Part shown: one piece after another, positions 35,011-36,813 of the stretch
Layout of the letters: each line of letters opens with the position of its first letter
How positions within the stretch are numbered: the stretch's first letter is position 1
Source: Alphaproteobacteria bacterium
GTDB taxonomy: Bacteria > Pseudomonadota > Alphaproteobacteria > CAAHEQ01 > UBA3637
Direction: 5' to 3'
Length of the DNA: 36,813 nucleotides
Assembly (NCBI GenBank): GCA_045617605.1
Contig: JAZLIX010000031.1
Location: 1-36,813 of the forward strand
Notes under the pieces: model-generated
Database searches by the model: none
What the model was told of the DNA's origin: nothing
Seen by the model: the letters and a program-made list of their open reading frames with translations, nothing else
Translations under genes and position numbers: made by a program

Positions 35011-35568
35011 ATGATTCTAACTTTAATTATTTTAGTTGTTTTAGTTTTATATATTATTTCCGTTTATAACGGTTTGGTTGTCGCACGTCAACGTGTCAAA
35101 GAAGCGTGGAGTACCATTGATACTCAGCTGAAACGTCGTTATGATTTAATTCCCAATTTATTGGAAGTGGTCAAAGGGTATGTTAAACACGAAAAAGAAA
35201 CTTTACAGGCCGTCATTGAAGCCAGAAATTCAGCTATGAACGCCACTACAACAGCACAAAAAGGAAAGGCTGAAGAAACCTTATCCGGTACTTTAAAATC
35301 TATTTTTGCCTTAGGGGAAAGTTATCCTGACCTGAAAGCCAACACAAACTTTTTGGAATTGCAACGGGAACTAACTGACACAGAAGATAAAATTCAAGCC
35401 ACTCGTCAATTCTATAATACTGTGGTTTTAACATTAAATACAAAAATTGAAATGTTCCCCAGTAATATTTTTGCCAATTTGTTCCACTTTGAAAAAGCCC
35501 AATTTTTTGAAATGGATGAAGCCGAAGCAAAAGCGGCAAAAAAAGCGCCAACTGTAAAATTTGATTAA
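35011..35568 (+). CDS. lemA: LemA-family membrane protein
   Basis: N-terminal TM helix followed by YNGLVVARQRVKEAWSTIDTQLKRRYDLIPNL, the LemA signature region. 185 aa. Confidence 0.9.
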   Translation: MILTLIILVVLVLYIISVYNGLVVARQRVKEAWSTIDTQLKRRYDLIPNLLEVVKGYVKHEKETLQAVIEARNSAMNATTTAQKGKAEETLSGTLKSIFALGESYPDLKANTNFLELQRELTDTEDKIQATRQFYNTVVLTLNTKIEMFPSNIFANLFHFEKAQFFEMDEAEAKAAKKAPTVKFD

Positions 35569-35569
35569 G

Positions 35570-36508
35570 ATGAAACCCACAGATATTTACGGTCATATTG
35601 CCCAAAATAACAGGAAAATAGCAGGTCTTATCCTGCTGTTTCCTGTGGCTTTGGCTGTCTTTATCTATGCTTTCTTTTTTTTGTTATCTTTGTTAGGGGA
35701 AACACCTTTTGATCAAGCCATTCAAGATTCCAATGAAATTTTTGTGGGTGTTGTTCCGATTATATTAGGTCTATGCTTTATTTTTACCCTGATTTCATTT
35801 GGCTTTGGCGATAAAATGATGTTAGGGTTTGCTGGGGCCAAAATCTGTCCTGATAATAAAGAGCATTTACAAGTTTATCGTGCGGTGGAAAATTTAGCCT
35901 TAAAAGCAGGTATTCCAACCCCAAAGGTCTATTTGATTCCAGATGAATCTTTGAATGCTTTTGCAACAGGATATTCGCCTAAAAGTGCCTCAATTGCTTT
36001 AACAACAGGTATTGTTAAAAAATTAGAGCCGATAGAATTAGAGGCAGTTATTTCCCATGAAATGGGCCACGTGATGAATCGGGATATCCGATTAAATATG
36101 TTTGTCATTACAGGAATCGGCGTCATTGGCATGTTAGGGGAAATTTTAGTCCGTACCTCTGGTCATAGCCGCAGTTCCAATAAAAAAGGAAATGCTGCCG
36201 GCTTATTTATCATGATTGGCTTGGCCCTGTTATTATTCCGATATTTGATTGCCCCCTTTATTCACATGGCTTTATCACGGTCACAAGAATTTCAAGCAGA
36301 TGCTACAGGGGCCTATTTAACCCGGCATCCTAAAGCGTTGGCAAGCGCCTTAAAGAAAATAGCCATTGATCCACGTGTAGAAGCATTGGATTCATCCACT
36401 CAAATGGCTTGTGCTTGTATTTATAATCCCTTGAAAAAAATCGGAGGATTATTGGATACGCATCCCCCAATTGAAGAACGCATCAAACGTTTGAATGAAA
36501 TGATTTAA
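35570..36508 (+). CDS. htpX: M48-family zinc metalloprotease (HtpX-like)
   Basis: HEMGHV zinc motif, several TM segments and C-terminal HPP.EERI. The ATG at 35570 lies 1 nt after the lemA stop; the track start at 35561 is a TTG. Confidence 0.88.
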   Translation: MKPTDIYGHIAQNNRKIAGLILLFPVALAVFIYAFFFLLSLLGETPFDQAIQDSNEIFVGVVPIILGLCFIFTLISFGFGDKMMLGFAGAKICPDNKEHLQVYRAVENLALKAGIPTPKVYLIPDESLNAFATGYSPKSASIALTTGIVKKLEPIELEAVISHEMGHVMNRDIRLNMFVITGIGVIGMLGEILVRTSGHSRSSNKKGNAAGLFIMIGLALLLFRYLIAPFIHMALSRSQEFQADATGAYLTRHPKALASALKKIAIDPRVEALDSSTQMACACIYNPLKKIGGLLDTHPPIEERIKRLNEMI

Positions 36509-36813
36509 AAATAGTTTTGGATAGATTTAAAAGTCTCCTTGGCAAATTGCAGACAATGACTTGTTGCAAAAGAGTTCCAACTGGAAAAACCTGCCCACCC
36601 TTTCAAGACAAAAGACCACAAAAAACCAATGATGAAAAGATTCGCCCCAGGAATAAAGAACATTGAAAACAAATAGCCCGCTTTTTTAAAATCAGTTTGT
36701 TCAGAATGAATCTGATAAAAATTAGAAACAATATGATATCCTACCAATGCCCCAAAAGTCATAATATACCATAGGGGAAAAATCTCCCCCCGATATTCAA
36801 ACCAAATCCCCCC
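36505..36813 (-). CDS. partial CDS (C-terminal part; frame open to the window end): hypothetical integral membrane protein
   Basis: The track ORF starts at the Met at 36762. My translation shows the frame stays open upstream to 36813 (..GGIWFEYRGEIFPLWYIM..). Hydrophobic segments are present, and its stop overlaps the htpX stop (TTAA). Confidence 0.5.
   Translation of the reverse strand, partial: GGIWFEYRGEIFPLWYIMTFGALVGYHIVSNFYQIHSEQTDFKKAGYLFSMFFIPGANLFIIGFLWSFVLKGWAGFSSWNSFATSHCLQFAKETFKSIQNYF

Noticed and set aside
1-36813. Scan for tRNA/rRNA genes, CRISPR repeats, IS elements or inverted repeats, integrases, toxin-antitoxin pairs or known defence genes
   Set aside because: None seen. 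Intergenic regions are short (under 300 nt) and are accounted for by promoters, leaders and terminators. There are no direct-repeat arrays, and no transposase, integrase or nuclease/ATPase defence-type ORFs. tRNAscan, Infernal and defence-finder runs would be the formal check.
1-36813. Alternative genetic code (e.g. TGA read as Trp), given the low G+C
   Set aside because: TGA clearly acts as a stop in multiple ATGA gene junctions. All conserved proteins are full length under code 11.

Overview
This is an AT-rich, very gene-dense chromosomal segment (lowest G+C, by eye, in the first ~5.6 kb). I call about 42 protein-coding genes. I found no rRNA or tRNA genes, no CRISPR array, and no transposase, integrase or phage genes. 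Standard code 11 fits: all long ORFs are intact and TGA serves as a stop in many ATGA overlaps. Most of the window is housekeeping: dnaA, ruvC, yebC, recR, ybaB, greA, xseA, rnhB, rsmE, kdsB, metG, rpoZ, spoT, acpS. Several neighbourhoods look alphaproteobacterial to me (rpoZ-spoT-acpS; small coiled-coil gene-zapA-ymdB; yebC-ruvC). That placement is an inference, not a search result. Accessory content is (i) a translationally chained dTDP-rhamnose/glycosyltransferase operon (1..5618, minus strand) and (ii) a three-subunit NuoE/NuoF-linked [FeFe]-hydrogenase followed by adhE (15855..22573). I see no classical defence island or mobile element. The most unusual items are single genes: a dihydroorotate-dehydrogenase-like protein with substituted active-site motifs and a 92-aa Pro/Gln/Thr/Val tail; a fused RsbW-like ATPase, receiver and PP2C phosphatase with no STAS partner nearby; and a highly charged 160-aa orphan with a consensus promoter and strong terminator between ruvC and dnaA. 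Transcription-unit boundaries carry a very regular TTGnnn-17-TAnnnT promoter pattern. All functional calls rest on motifs I recognise in the translations; no database search was run.
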